Under the pieces are notes generated by a model. The model ran no database searches, was not told the origin of the DNA, and saw nothing but the letters and a program-made list of their open reading frames with translations. The translations under genes and the position numbers were made by a program. Positions 19,514 through 29,331 of a stretch of 64,000 nucleotides of DNA are shown piece by piece (the stretch's first letter is position 1; every line of letters begins with the position of its first letter). This DNA comes from Chloroflexota bacterium (lineage in GTDB: Bacteria; Chloroflexota; Dehalococcoidia; DSTF01; JACRBR01), in assembly GCA_031400455.1 (NCBI GenBank), contig JANNPX010000010.1, positions 32,054 to 96,053 on the forward strand. Reading direction: 5' to 3'.

Positions 19514-20347
19514 CTACGCGGGCTGCCACGGCACTTCGTACATCGGTACGGCTTCGGCGAACCCCTTCAGCATCTTCTCGCCGCGGGCGTCGAAGCGGAG
19601 GCGCCTGCCGGCGGAGAGTTCGCGCACGACGTTGCTGGTGAAGATCTGGCCGGGTGCGGCGGCATCACATATGCGCCGGGCGAGGTTGACGGTGGAGCCG
19701 AAGAGGTCGTTGTTGTCCTCGATCGGCTCGCCCGCACTGAGGCCGATGCGTACGTGCATCGCCTCGTCCGGGTCGTTGGCGTTGTGTGCAGCGAACGCGC
19801 GCTGGATGGCAATCGAGCAGTCGACGGCCTGTGCGACGGAACCGAACGAGGCCATGATCCCGTCGCCCGTGTGCTTTACTTCGCGGCCGGCGTGGACATG
19901 GAGGCATTCGCGGATGATCGAATTGTGGCGGCTGAGCAGCGCGAACATCGCTTTGTCGCCGATGTCCTCCGCTCGCTGCGTCGAGCCTTCCAGATCGGTA
20001 AACATGATCGTGCGAAAGCCCGCGTCCGGCTCGCCGGTTTCGGGGAAGGTCTGTCCGCTCGGAAGCTGATCGCGACGCACGTCCATGATTGCGTCGACGA
20101 GCTCGGGTTGGACCTCGATGAGTTCGTCGGCGACGAGTCCGTGCGCTTCCTTGTGGACCGCGTTGGCGGCGTCCTTAGACGGCGCCTCGACCAGGCAGAA
20201 GATCTTCCCGGCCTCCTCGTTGAACCAGTAGGTGACGTAGCGGGTGTCGTATTTCGCCTGCGTTTCGAGATCCAGCGCGTGTGCGGCGACCACGTCGTCG
20301 ATCGTCGTACCCTTGGCGTTCTTGTGGACGTCCATAAAGAGCGGCAT
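19514..20347 (-). CDS. DUF4242 (SCO4226-like) domain fused to class III adenylate/guanylate cyclase
   Basis: ORF 19514..20410, with an internal Met at 20347. N-terminus MPLFMDVHK...YWFNEEAGKIFCLVEAP (DUF4242). C-terminal cyclase motifs FTDLEGST, HTGDGIMASFG, LFGSTVNLARRI. Confidence 0.7.
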   Translation of the reverse strand: MPLFMDVHKNAKGTTIDDVVAAHALDLETQAKYDTRYVTYWFNEEAGKIFCLVEAPSKDAANAVHKEAHGLVADELIEVQPELVDAIMDVRRDQLPSGQTFPETGEPDAGFRTIMFTDLEGSTQRAEDIGDKAMFALLSRHNSIIRECLHVHAGREVKHTGDGIMASFGSVAQAVDCSIAIQRAFAAHNANDPDEAMHVRIGLSAGEPIEDNNDLFGSTVNLARRICDAAAPGQIFTSNVVRELSAGRRLRFDARGEKMLKGFAEAVPMYEVPWQPA

Positions 20348-20388
20348 GTCATCAGTGTAACCGCAGGCGGGGGCGACCGGACGTGGCA

Positions 20389-20414
20389 ACCACGGGCACG
20401 ACGGGACCACGAAG
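20389..20414 (+). repeat. degenerate CACG(A/G)(A/C)GG tandem repeats in cyclase upstream region
   Basis: ccacgggcacgacgggaccacgaagg. Same family as 19367-19393. Confidence 0.4.
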
Positions 20415-20521
20415 GCCAGCGAATGTGGCCGGCGGCTGGAACCGGGCAGCGTGCCCGGATGGGGGCGTTCTGCGGTAGCGTCCCTGCGCGGAGCGTCAGC
20501 GCCCTCCGGGGTCGTGCGTGA

Positions 20522-21364
20522 CTAGTTGAGCGCGGCGGTCTTGAGGACGGTGCCGCCGGTATGAGTCGCCGCGCCGGTGGATGGTTCGATGGTGACGGCG
20601 TAGCCGCGGAATGCGCCGCGGTCCGGTGGAGCGTCGCCGAGGTTGCGGACGATGAGCCGGCCCGATCCGGATTCGTCGACGGTGAAGAGGCCGCCGTTCG
20701 TCCAGGCGTTCTCGTAGATCACCCACATGCAGTACGACATGCCGGCCGGCAGCGGCGGCAGATGTGTGGCGACAAGGGCGCCGAGTCCGCCTTCGCGGCT
20801 CCAGATGTAGCGGCCCGTGGCTTTGGGGGCCATTTCGGTGCCGGCCATGGGAAGCCGCTGCACATCGTCGTGCGAGACGATTTTCAGCATGGCGTCCTGG
20901 TTGGATGCGAGGCTGACATTGCTGGCGGACACCTGCACGAGTTCCGTGCGCATGGTGGCGAACTGGTTGGACTGTGCGGTGGCGGCGGTGCCGACGCGTG
21001 CCTCGCGATCGTTGAGATCGTTCACCTGCGTCTGCATGTAGCCGCCCCAGGTGACTGCGCCGATACCGAAGACGAACGCCGCGGCAGCGGGAGCGAACCA
21101 CCAGCTTTGCTGCGTGCGCACCGGCGCCTGGCCGGCGAGCGTTGCGGACGCCATCACGCGCGCCTTCAGCGAGGGGTCGGCGCTGAAAAGCGGAACCGCG
21201 AGGGCGAGCGATGCGGCGGCTTCGACCGCATCGTCGGCGAGCAGTGCGCACTCGGCGCAGCTGACGATGTGCGCATCGAGTGCGCTCAATTCGACGAGGT
21301 CGAGGGCGCCAAGCGCCCAGGCGTCGATGCTTTCGCGTACGGCTTCGCAGTCGATCTGCATCAC
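20522..21364 (-). CDS. anti-sigma factor (RskA/ChrR-like zinc-binding N-terminal domain, single TM, periplasmic domain)
   Basis: N-terminal H..C..C motif (DAHIVSCAECALL) and a central TM helix. Start overlaps the stop of the upstream ECF sigma gene. Confidence 0.7.
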   Translation of the reverse strand: MMQIDCEAVRESIDAWALGALDLVELSALDAHIVSCAECALLADDAVEAAASLALAVPLFSADPSLKARVMASATLAGQAPVRTQQSWWFAPAAAAFVFGIGAVTWGGYMQTQVNDLNDREARVGTAATAQSNQFATMRTELVQVSASNVSLASNQDAMLKIVSHDDVQRLPMAGTEMAPKATGRYIWSREGGLGALVATHLPPLPAGMSYCMWVIYENAWTNGGLFTVDESGSGRLIVRNLGDAPPDRGAFRGYAVTIEPSTGAATHTGGTVLKTAALN

Positions 21365-21966
21365 GAGCCGCGGTCTCCCCTCCGGCGCTCTTCGAGCACC
21401 ACACGCATCTTTTGCATCCCCAGCCGGATGCGGGTCTTCACGGTGCCCAGCGGCGTGCTGAGTCTTTCCGCGATCTCCTGCTGCGTCAGCCCGCCGAAAT
21501 ACGCGAGCTGTATCGCCAACTTCTGCTCCGGCGGCAGCACCTCCAGCGCTTTGCGCACTGCGCGCCGCTCATCAGCCAGCACCGTCGCGAGCGCCGGGTC
21601 GTCGCGCACGTCGGTGCTGGGCAGCACGTCCTCGACCTCCGACGCCGCGGCGGGGAGCGCCTCCCGGCGGAGGCGGCGGCCCTGGCTGCGGCGCTCATCG
21701 ATCGAGCGGTTGCGCGCCACGCTGAGCAGCCACGTGACGAACTTCCCGCGCTGCAGATCGAACTGCTCCGGCCGGCGCCACACGCGCAGGAATACGTCCT
21801 GTGTCACGTCCTGCGCGACGTGCGGGTCGGCCACGACACGGAGCGATACCGAATAGACGAGGTCGCTGTACCGGTCGTAGAGCGCGCCGAACGCCGCGAG
21901 GTCCCGGCGGCATAGCCGGGCCATCAGTTCGTCGTCGGGTATTCCCGCGTGATCCACGCGCTCCAT
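21361..21966 (-). CDS. ECF (sigma-70 family) RNA polymerase sigma factor
   Basis: ORF 21361..22011, with an internal Met at 21966. Sigma-2 region (DVTQDVFLRVWRR) and sigma-4 region (LAYFGGLTQQEIAERLSTPLGTVKTRI). Confidence 0.8.
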   Translation of the reverse strand: MERVDHAGIPDDELMARLCRRDLAAFGALYDRYSDLVYSVSLRVVADPHVAQDVTQDVFLRVWRRPEQFDLQRGKFVTWLLSVARNRSIDERRSQGRRLRREALPAAASEVEDVLPSTDVRDDPALATVLADERRAVRKALEVLPPEQKLAIQLAYFGGLTQQEIAERLSTPLGTVKTRIRLGMQKMRVVLEERRRGDRGS

Positions 21967-22167
21967 CCTCCAGTACGTCCGGGCGGCCACGCCAGATTCG
22001 GGTGGACGCACCCGATCTTATCAGCCGCGACTCCACACCGGCGTTCCGATCAGAAGATCGCGGATTCTCTGCGGTAATCGTTCGAGAGTGGCGGTTCAAG
22101 CTGCAGAAACTGCAATACTGGAGGCCAGCGCGCGCGATTGTGACGTGCGTAACATAGAGGACTGAAC

Positions 22168-23580
22168 ATGGCTCAGCGACCCGAAACCTACGGCAACCGC
22201 CTCCGGGGCAGCGCACCCCGCGGCCGCGTGCGACGCTTCACCAACGTCGGGCAGATGCTGGCGCGCGTCTTCGCGGGCTACAAGCTGATCAGCCTGCGCG
22301 AGAAGCGCAAAGGCACCGAATGGGGCGAAGCGCGCCGCAACAAGCACCACTACTGGAGCGCCAACAAGTTCTACGAGGCGGCGGTCAAGAACCAGGGGCT
22401 GCTGATCAAGACGGGGCAGTTCCTCGGCACACGTCCTGACGTGCTGCCGGACGCCTACGTCGACGTGCTGTCCGCGCTGCACGACGAGGTGCCGCCGGAG
22501 ACGTTCGAGCACATCCGCGCGCACGTCGAGCGCGAACTGGGGCGCCCGCTGGAGGAGATGTTCACGGAGTTCAGCGAGACGCCCGTCGCGTCGGCGTCGC
22601 TGGCGCAGGTGCATCGCGCGGTGTTGAAGGACGGGCGCGTCTGCGCCGTCAAAGTGCAGTACCCGGGCATCGAGCACATCGTCGATATCGACCTGGCGAA
22701 CATGTCGTTCTTCATCGGCGTGCTGAACAAGCTCGACCGCTCGATGGACTATCGCTTCGTCGCGGAAGAGATGCGCAAGCACATCCCGCTCGAACTGGAC
22801 TTCATCAACGAAGGCCACAACAACGAGCGCATCGCCGAAGACTTCCGGTACGTCGACGACATCGTCGTTCCGGATATCTACTGGGAGTACAGCAGCCGGC
22901 GCGTGCTGACGATGGAGTACATCGACGGCGTCAAGATCACGGATGCCGAGGGCATGAAGCGCATGGGCGTTGATCCCGCGGACGTGGCGAAGATCCTGGT
23001 GTTCGCGTTCGCCGAGATGATCGTCAAGAACGGCTTCTTCCACGCCGACCCGCACCCGGGAAACCTGATGGTGCAGCCAGGCCCCAAGCTGGTGCTGATC
23101 GACTTCGGCCAGGCGAAGGAACTGGAGCCGGCGTTCAAGGAAGTGCTGGTGCGCTTCACGCGCACGCTCCTCGATGGCAACAACCAGGCGATGGGCAAGG
23201 CGTTCCGCGACCTCGGCTTTCGCACGAAGAACGATGACGCGGAGGGCTACGAACAGCTCGGCGATGCCTACGTCGGCAAAGTCGCGAAGCAGATGCAGGA
23301 AACGCAGGCCGGATGGGCCGAAGGCGATGTCTTCCAGGAGTCGTACGAGGACGTGACGAAGATCCTCAAGAAGAACCAGCTTACGGCGATGCCGCCGGAA
23401 CTGCTGATGGTCGGCCGCGTGTTCGGCCTGCTGAACGGCCTGAGCAAGACGCTTCAGGCGAAAACGAACATGCTGGTCGCGTTCGCCCAGCTAGCCGACC
23501 AGATCGAGGCCGCGAAGGCGAACGGGCACCTGGCCGTGACGGCGGATGCCAGCGAAACGCGGCGCCTGCTGGAGGCGTAG
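22168..23580 (+). CDS. ABC1/UbiB-family atypical protein kinase
   Basis: ASLAQVHRAVLKDGRVCAVKVQYPG, HADPHPGN and DFG motifs. Confidence 0.8.
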   Translation: MAQRPETYGNRLRGSAPRGRVRRFTNVGQMLARVFAGYKLISLREKRKGTEWGEARRNKHHYWSANKFYEAAVKNQGLLIKTGQFLGTRPDVLPDAYVDVLSALHDEVPPETFEHIRAHVERELGRPLEEMFTEFSETPVASASLAQVHRAVLKDGRVCAVKVQYPGIEHIVDIDLANMSFFIGVLNKLDRSMDYRFVAEEMRKHIPLELDFINEGHNNERIAEDFRYVDDIVVPDIYWEYSSRRVLTMEYIDGVKITDAEGMKRMGVDPADVAKILVFAFAEMIVKNGFFHADPHPGNLMVQPGPKLVLIDFGQAKELEPAFKEVLVRFTRTLLDGNNQAMGKAFRDLGFRTKNDDAEGYEQLGDAYVGKVAKQMQETQAGWAEGDVFQESYEDVTKILKKNQLTAMPPELLMVGRVFGLLNGLSKTLQAKTNMLVAFAQLADQIEAAKANGHLAVTADASETRRLLEA

Positions 23581-23656
23581 CGGCAGTAGGGCTGATGGCG
23601 TGGCATCGACGGTGTTGAACCGTCGGCGGTACTCGCCAGAGTATCCTCCACACGTG

Positions 23657-24271
23657 ATGACGATGCGGCGTGGCGAGTTTCGGCAAGTTACCCTTGGATT
23701 CGTCGCCTTGTGCATCGGCATCTTCGTCACCGCGTGCGACACAAGCCGAGATTCGGCCAAGCCGTCGTCGCTCGACGTAGGCCGGGCACGGTTCCAAACC
23801 GCGATTGCTCTCCCGAGTCGGACGTATCGGGTTTACTGGCTAGGAAACAGTCTCACCGCGTCCGGGCTCGTCCTGCGCGGCCCACTAATCGGCGGGTTCG
23901 AAGAACCCCTCGACGATGCCGTTCGGTTCGACTACAACTCCGTGCCCCCTGTGGCTAGCCTCTCGATCACGTTGATGAGCTCGGCGCAGTGGGCGGCCGT
24001 TCGGGATCGAGTGCTTCGACAGGGGCCCGACCACCCGACGACTCGCCAGCTGACCGTGGCTAGCGCGGCAGCGACGCTATACACGACACCGGGGGGAACT
24101 GGCCGGCCTGTGGGCGCCTTGTCTTTGATCATCCAGTTAGGCGACACGGTCGTCTACGCGAGCACTAGTTCTGTCGGCGCGGCAACTCCGGGTGGACCCG
24201 AAGCAAACCCGCTCATCGATGAGGCGACCTTCCTCGGCGTCATGCAGAACCTGCGGCCGTATCCTCAATAG
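23657..24271 (+). CDS. hypothetical lipoprotein
   Basis: ORF 23546..24271. The internal Met at 23657 gives a signal peptide with lipobox (FVTAC). Confidence 0.45.
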   Translation: MTMRRGEFRQVTLGFVALCIGIFVTACDTSRDSAKPSSLDVGRARFQTAIALPSRTYRVYWLGNSLTASGLVLRGPLIGGFEEPLDDAVRFDYNSVPPVASLSITLMSSAQWAAVRDRVLRQGPDHPTTRQLTVASAAATLYTTPGGTGRPVGALSLIIQLGDTVVYASTSSVGAATPGGPEANPLIDEATFLGVMQNLRPYPQ

Positions 24272-24323
24272 TCGTTTATGCGGCAGGTCCGCCACTCACA
24301 CCGTGACCAGCCCCGCATCGTAC

Positions 24324-24551
24324 TCAGCTGTCGCCCTTCCGCTGCTTGGAGCCGGCCGCCCCGAGAAGCGGCGAGCCCGCGCCAATGAGGAAGCCGAGGT
24401 CGTACCAGTTGCCGCTGCGCGCCTCGTTGTAGAAGGGGTACCGGTCCCAGGCGTCGAAGGCGTGGGCGATCAGGACGACCCACGCGGACAGGCCATTCCA
24501 GAATCCCCACAGGGCGTCTTGCCACCACATAACGTGCTCCTCATTTGCCAT
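24324..24551 (-). CDS. small hypothetical membrane protein (75 aa, Trp-rich)
   Basis: C-terminal part of ORF 24324..25112, starting MANEEHVMWWQDALWGFWNGLSAWVVLIAH... Includes the stop codon. Confidence 0.35.
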   Translation of the reverse strand: MANEEHVMWWQDALWGFWNGLSAWVVLIAHAFDAWDRYPFYNEARSGNWYDLGFLIGAGSPLLGAAGSKQRKGDS

Positions 24552-24571
24552 TGCTCCATCGCCCGATGCGG

Positions 24572-24871
24572 CTACAACTGCGGCAGTGGCTCGGCGTCGT
24601 ACAACTGTATCGCAGTCTGGTCGCTCGCCAGCTTGCTCGCCGCACGCACGAAGGCGCCCGACTCCGGCACGGCGAAGTGCGCGGCGACGGCAGCGCGGTC
24701 CTGCCCTGCCTCGAAGAAGAACAGCCGAAGCGGATTCTCGGCGTCGATGTGGACGTCGTGCGAGAGGCATCCGGGTTCGACACGGGAGCGCTGCGTGTGT
24801 TCGAGGCAGAGCGCGCGCAGTTCGTCGAAGGTGTCGGGGCGGGCGGTGACGGATCCGGTGATGATGATCAT
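24572..24871 (-). CDS. ABM-like monooxygenase domain protein (99 aa)
   Basis: C-terminal part of ORF 24572..25237, starting MIIITGSVTARPDTFDELRALCLEHTQ... with a ferredoxin-like ABM pattern. Confidence 0.45.
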   Translation of the reverse strand: MIIITGSVTARPDTFDELRALCLEHTQRSRVEPGCLSHDVHIDAENPLRLFFFEAGQDRAAVAAHFAVPESGAFVRAASKLASDQTAIQLYDAEPLPQL

Positions 24872-25133
24872 TGCTGGTGTCCCTCTCCAGTAGGCGTTCC
24901 CCGCCGCGTCTGCGCACAATACGATGTGGGCCCACCTGCGACCATCGCAGCCGACAGCATCGAAGACCCGCTGCGGGCGAAAAAACACGAAACTGCCAAA
25001 CAAGCTCGATCGCAGATTCAGTGTGCGACATAATGCGCCAAGTCTGGCCGCAAGTGGCAGCAGCAACGCCGTCGATTGATCCGCCGCGCCGCCCGGCGTA
25101 TGCTGCTCGCACCTACGCCGGAATGGAGTTTGC

Positions 25134-26354
25134 ATGACGGAACGCGCGCTGTCTGATGTGCGGGTGGTCGATATCTCGCAGGGGATCGCGGGGCCGTACG
25201 CGACGAAGCTGCTGGCCGATTCCGGCGCGCTCGTCACGAAGGTGGAGCCGCCGACGGGCGACTACTCGCGGCGGCTGGGCCCGTTCCCGAACGATCTGCC
25301 CGATCCCGAGAAGTCGGGGCTGTACCTGCACCTCAACACCAGCAAGCGCAGCGTGACGCTCGATGTCTCCGTGACGTCGGGGCAGGTCGTGCTGAAGAAG
25401 ATGCTGGCGAACGCGGACGTCTTCGTGTGCGGCGAGAAGGCATCGACGCTGAAGACGTGGGGGTTGTCGTACGACGACCTCAAGTCGGACTTCCCTGATC
25501 TCGTAGTCGCTCAGGTGTCGCCGTTCGGCGCGACGGGGCCGTACGCCGACTACGACGGTAACAGCCTGACGGCGATGGCGATGAGCACGATCATGTACAA
25601 CACCGGCGAGCCCGACCGCGAGCCGCTGGTGACCGGTGGCGAGCCGGGCGAATATCTCGCCGGCGTGCAGCTCTGGATCGGGATCCTCGCGGCGCTGGAG
25701 AATCGCGCGAAGAACGGCGGCGGCGACCATGTCGACCTGTCGATGGCGGAAGCCGCGGCGGCGGCGGACGAGTACAACTCGGCGATGTACGCGTTCCAGG
25801 GCGCCATCCGGCGGCGCTATTACTCGCGCCACATCTTCGGCTATCCGAACGACATCATGGCGTGCGCCGACGGGCACGTGGTGGTGATCCCGGGCGCGGG
25901 CGGATTTCCGTCGCCGCTGGCGCCGGACACGATCTCGCCGATGGCGCTGCTGCTAGAAGACATCGAGCTGGACAAGACGACGTTCTTCACGCAGATGGGG
26001 GAGCGGATGATCGGCTGGCGCGAGTTCGAGGCGCTGATGCAGCCGTACCTCTCGACGCATACGGCCATGGAGATCGTGATGACGGCGCAGGCGCTGCGTC
26101 TGCCGTTTGCGTTCGTGCCGTCGCCCGAGGACCTGCTGTCCGACGAGCATCTCGCGGAGCGCGCGTTCTTCGAGAAGGTCGACACAAAGGCGGGCGCGCT
26201 GACGATCCCCGGCCAGCCGTTCAAGATGTCGGAGACGCCGCTGAGCGCATCGCCCGCGCCGGAGCGCGGAAACGCGAACGTCGCGGTGCTCGTGGACGAA
26301 CTGGGGTACGAGAAGGGCGATCTTACGATCCTGAGCGATCGGGGGGTGCTGTGA
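25134..26354 (+). CDS. CoA-transferase family III (CaiB/BaiF) protein
   Basis: N-terminal VRVVDISQGIAGPYATKLLADSGA motif. Confidence 0.8.
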   Translation: MTERALSDVRVVDISQGIAGPYATKLLADSGALVTKVEPPTGDYSRRLGPFPNDLPDPEKSGLYLHLNTSKRSVTLDVSVTSGQVVLKKMLANADVFVCGEKASTLKTWGLSYDDLKSDFPDLVVAQVSPFGATGPYADYDGNSLTAMAMSTIMYNTGEPDREPLVTGGEPGEYLAGVQLWIGILAALENRAKNGGGDHVDLSMAEAAAAADEYNSAMYAFQGAIRRRYYSRHIFGYPNDIMACADGHVVVIPGAGGFPSPLAPDTISPMALLLEDIELDKTTFFTQMGERMIGWREFEALMQPYLSTHTAMEIVMTAQALRLPFAFVPSPEDLLSDEHLAERAFFEKVDTKAGALTIPGQPFKMSETPLSASPAPERGNANVAVLVDELGYEKGDLTILSDRGVL

Positions 26355-27703
26355 GCCAGCTTCCACTTGAAGGCGTACGCGTCATCGACCTCGCGCAAGT
26401 GTTCGCGGGGCCGGCTTGCACGCGCATCCTGGCGGACCTCGGGGCGGACGTGATCCGGTTCGAGGCGGCGACCCGGATGGACGTGACGCGCAACTTGATC
26501 CTCACGGACAACGACGGCCTCGACCACCATTGGTTGCGCGCGTCGTACTTCATTGTCCGTAACGCGAGCAAGCGCGAGATGGTGCTCGACCTCAACAAGG
26601 AAGAAGCACGCGAGATCATGCGCAAGCTGATCGCGGGCGCGGATATCGTCGTCGAGAGCTTCACGCCACGCGTGATGGCGAACTTCGGGCTGGGGTACGA
26701 CGCTCTGAAGGCGATCAAGCCCGATCTCATCATGATCTCCCTGTCCGGCTACGGGCAGAACGGGCCGATGCGCGACTACGGCGCGTACGGCATGGGTCTC
26801 GAAGCGGCGTCGGGCATCTCGTCGATCACGGGGTACAAGGACGGAGCGCCGATGCGCTCCGGGCTGTCGTTCACGGATCCGTACTCCGGCTTCGTCGGCG
26901 CCGGCGCTGTCCTGACGGCCATGCACTACCGCCGCCGCACCGGCAAGGGCCAGTACATCGACCTGTCCGAGCAGGAGGCAGCGATCCCGATCATGGGCGC
27001 GGCGCTGCTGGAGAAGCAGATGACGGGCCGCGTGACGGAGCGTCAGGGCGACCGCAGCGACTGGGCCGCGCCGCAGGGCTGCTATCGCTGCGCAGGTGCC
27101 GATCGCTGGGCCGTGATCTCGTGCACGGACGATGGCGAGTTCGCGCGGATGGCGGGCGCGATGGGGCACGCCGAGTGGCTGGACGACGATCGCTTCAACA
27201 CGGTGCTCGCGCGGCACGAACATCACGACGAGCTGGACGCCGCGATTACAGAGTGGACGTCGACGCGCGACCACTACGACGTGATGCACACGCTGCAGAA
27301 GGCGGGCGTGAAGGCGGCGGCGGTGCTGGACGGGAAAGAGATCCTGTTCGACCCGCAGTTCAAGGCGCGCGGGCACTTCGACGTCGTCGATCAGCCGATG
27401 CTGGGCAAGCGGCCGGTGCCGCGGCACCTGGCGGCGAAGTTCGGGCGCTTTGAGGCGAAGGCGCGGCGGCCTGCACCGACACTCGGGCAGCACAATGATG
27501 AGGTGCTGAAGGAGATCGGCTACTCCGACGCCGAGATCGCAAAGCTGAAGGAAACGGAGATCATCGCCGACGAGCCGAAGCTGCCCGTACCCGCGCAGTT
27601 CATCGCAGCGGCGCTGAAGCTGCCGTACGACCGCTACCTCGAACACGGCATCCTGCAGGCAATCGAGGCGGACTACCGCGAGCAGCTCGGGATTGCGGAT
27701 TAG
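26351..27703 (+). CDS. CoA-transferase family III (CaiB/BaiF) protein, second tandem copy
   Basis: GTG start overlapping the upstream stop. VRVIDLAQVFAGPACTRILADLGADV motif. Confidence 0.75.
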   Translation: MSQLPLEGVRVIDLAQVFAGPACTRILADLGADVIRFEAATRMDVTRNLILTDNDGLDHHWLRASYFIVRNASKREMVLDLNKEEAREIMRKLIAGADIVVESFTPRVMANFGLGYDALKAIKPDLIMISLSGYGQNGPMRDYGAYGMGLEAASGISSITGYKDGAPMRSGLSFTDPYSGFVGAGAVLTAMHYRRRTGKGQYIDLSEQEAAIPIMGAALLEKQMTGRVTERQGDRSDWAAPQGCYRCAGADRWAVISCTDDGEFARMAGAMGHAEWLDDDRFNTVLARHEHHDELDAAITEWTSTRDHYDVMHTLQKAGVKAAAVLDGKEILFDPQFKARGHFDVVDQPMLGKRPVPRHLAAKFGRFEAKARRPAPTLGQHNDEVLKEIGYSDAEIAKLKETEIIADEPKLPVPAQFIAAALKLPYDRYLEHGILQAIEADYREQLGIAD

Positions 27704-27756
27704 GCGTAGTCTCCGACGGCACCCCTCACGTCGCCGCGCCGAGTAGAATCAGCTTC

Positions 27757-28809
27757 ATGGAACCGCAGATTGAATACGCGACGGCGGCCGACGGCGTGCG
27801 CATCGCGACGCTGGCGCTGGGCGAGCCGAGCGGCACGCCGGTGCTCTTCGCGGCGACACCCCCGTGGAGTCACGTCCTGCAGGAGTATCGCATCCCTCCG
27901 GTGCGCGCATGGCTCGACGCGATCGGTCAGACCGCGAGCATTGTGCGCTACGACTGCCGCGGCACCGGGCTCTCCGATCGCGAACCGCAGGATTTCTCGA
28001 TCGAGGCGCAGGTTCGCGACATGGAAGCCGTGGCCGATCACTACGACATGAAGTCGTTCGCACTCTGGGCGGCGATCGGCGGCAGTCCGGCGTCGATTGT
28101 CTACTCGGCGCGACATCCTGACCGCGTGTCGCACCTGTTCCTCTGGGCCGGCTACGCGCGTGGCGCGCTGCTGTTCCGCCGCGCTGAGTCGAGCGGCCTC
28201 GGCGCATTGCTGAAGAAGAACTGGGAGATGTACACCGACACGTACGCCCAGACAGCGTTCGGCTGGCCGGACAGCGCGACCGGGGCGCAGTACGCCGAAC
28301 TAACGCGCGCCGCGATTTCGCAAGAAGGGATGGTCGCGTTCGTGCGGACGATGGCTGATGTCGACGTCACGGCCGAAGCGCGGGAAGTACGCTCGCCGAC
28401 GCTGGTAATGACGCGGAAGGACTCGAAGTGGTCGGGAGTCGACGACGCCCGCGAATTGTCGTCGCTCATTCCCTCCTCACGCCTGCTCGTCCTCGAAGGG
28501 TCTTCTCCGGCGCCATTCCTCGGCGCTACCGCACCGATCGTCGCGGCCATAAACGAGTTCATCGCGATGGAGGCGATATCGCGCCGGGCGAAGCGGCCGG
28601 CCGTGCCGCTGACGCAGCGCGAGGCGCATGTGCTACGCCTGCTGGCCAACGGTCAGACAGGCAAGGAGATCGCCGCCGAGCTTGGGATCAGCGTTTCGAC
28701 GGCGCAGCGGCACATCGCCAACATCTACGCGAAGATCGGCACGCGTGGCCGCGTCGAGGCGGCTGCATACGCCTTCGAGCAGGGGATGGTTCGCCCGCAG
28801 CAGTCGTAG
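27757..28809 (+). CDS. alpha/beta-hydrolase domain fused to C-terminal LuxR-type HTH (transcriptional regulator)
   Basis: N-terminal ~270-aa alpha/beta hydrolase fold. C-terminal LTQREAHVLRLLANGQTGKEIAAELGISVSTAQRHIANIYAKIG (LuxR/GerE HTH). Confidence 0.7.
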   Translation: MEPQIEYATAADGVRIATLALGEPSGTPVLFAATPPWSHVLQEYRIPPVRAWLDAIGQTASIVRYDCRGTGLSDREPQDFSIEAQVRDMEAVADHYDMKSFALWAAIGGSPASIVYSARHPDRVSHLFLWAGYARGALLFRRAESSGLGALLKKNWEMYTDTYAQTAFGWPDSATGAQYAELTRAAISQEGMVAFVRTMADVDVTAEAREVRSPTLVMTRKDSKWSGVDDARELSSLIPSSRLLVLEGSSPAPFLGATAPIVAAINEFIAMEAISRRAKRPAVPLTQREAHVLRLLANGQTGKEIAAELGISVSTAQRHIANIYAKIGTRGRVEAAAYAFEQGMVRPQQS

Positions 28810-28881
28810 GGCTACATACTTCCTGTCACCTCACGCCACGCTTGCTCCCGACGCTGCTACCGGCTGTGGTGCGTTTGCACG

Positions 28882-29331
28882 ATGGCATTCGGCGCGCCGG
28901 CGCGTATCATCGCGGTGTACGGACGGATTAGAGGAGGTGCGACGGTGACGATCGCGCGGTTCGGGACGATCGTGTTGTTGCTGGCAGGCGTGTTCTTCCT
29001 GGTGCCGGGGATATGGGCGTTCGTGGCGCCGCACTCGTTCTACGATCAGCTTGCGCCGTTTCCGCCGTACAACCGGCATCTGGTGCACGATATCGGCGCG
29101 TTCCAGATCGGCATCGGCGTGGCGCTGCTGCTGGCGCTTCGGTTGAACGATGCGCGGTTCGTCGCGTTCGCGGGTGCGGCAGCGGGTGCGACGGTGCACG
29201 TGCTATCACACTTCGTCGATCACGATCTTGGCGGCAAGGACACGGACGTGTTCGTGTTCGGGGCGGTCGCCGTGCTGCTCGTCATCGCTGCCGCTCTGCG
29301 ATGGAGCGTGGCGCGCGGCGAATCGGCGTAG
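28882..29331 (+). CDS. hypothetical membrane protein (4 TM)
   Basis: Hydrophobic ORF of about 130-149 aa; the start is uncertain. No recognisable family. Confidence 0.35.
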   Translation: MAFGAPARIIAVYGRIRGGATVTIARFGTIVLLLAGVFFLVPGIWAFVAPHSFYDQLAPFPPYNRHLVHDIGAFQIGIGVALLLALRLNDARFVAFAGAAAGATVHVLSHFVDHDLGGKDTDVFVFGAVAVLLVIAAALRWSVARGESA

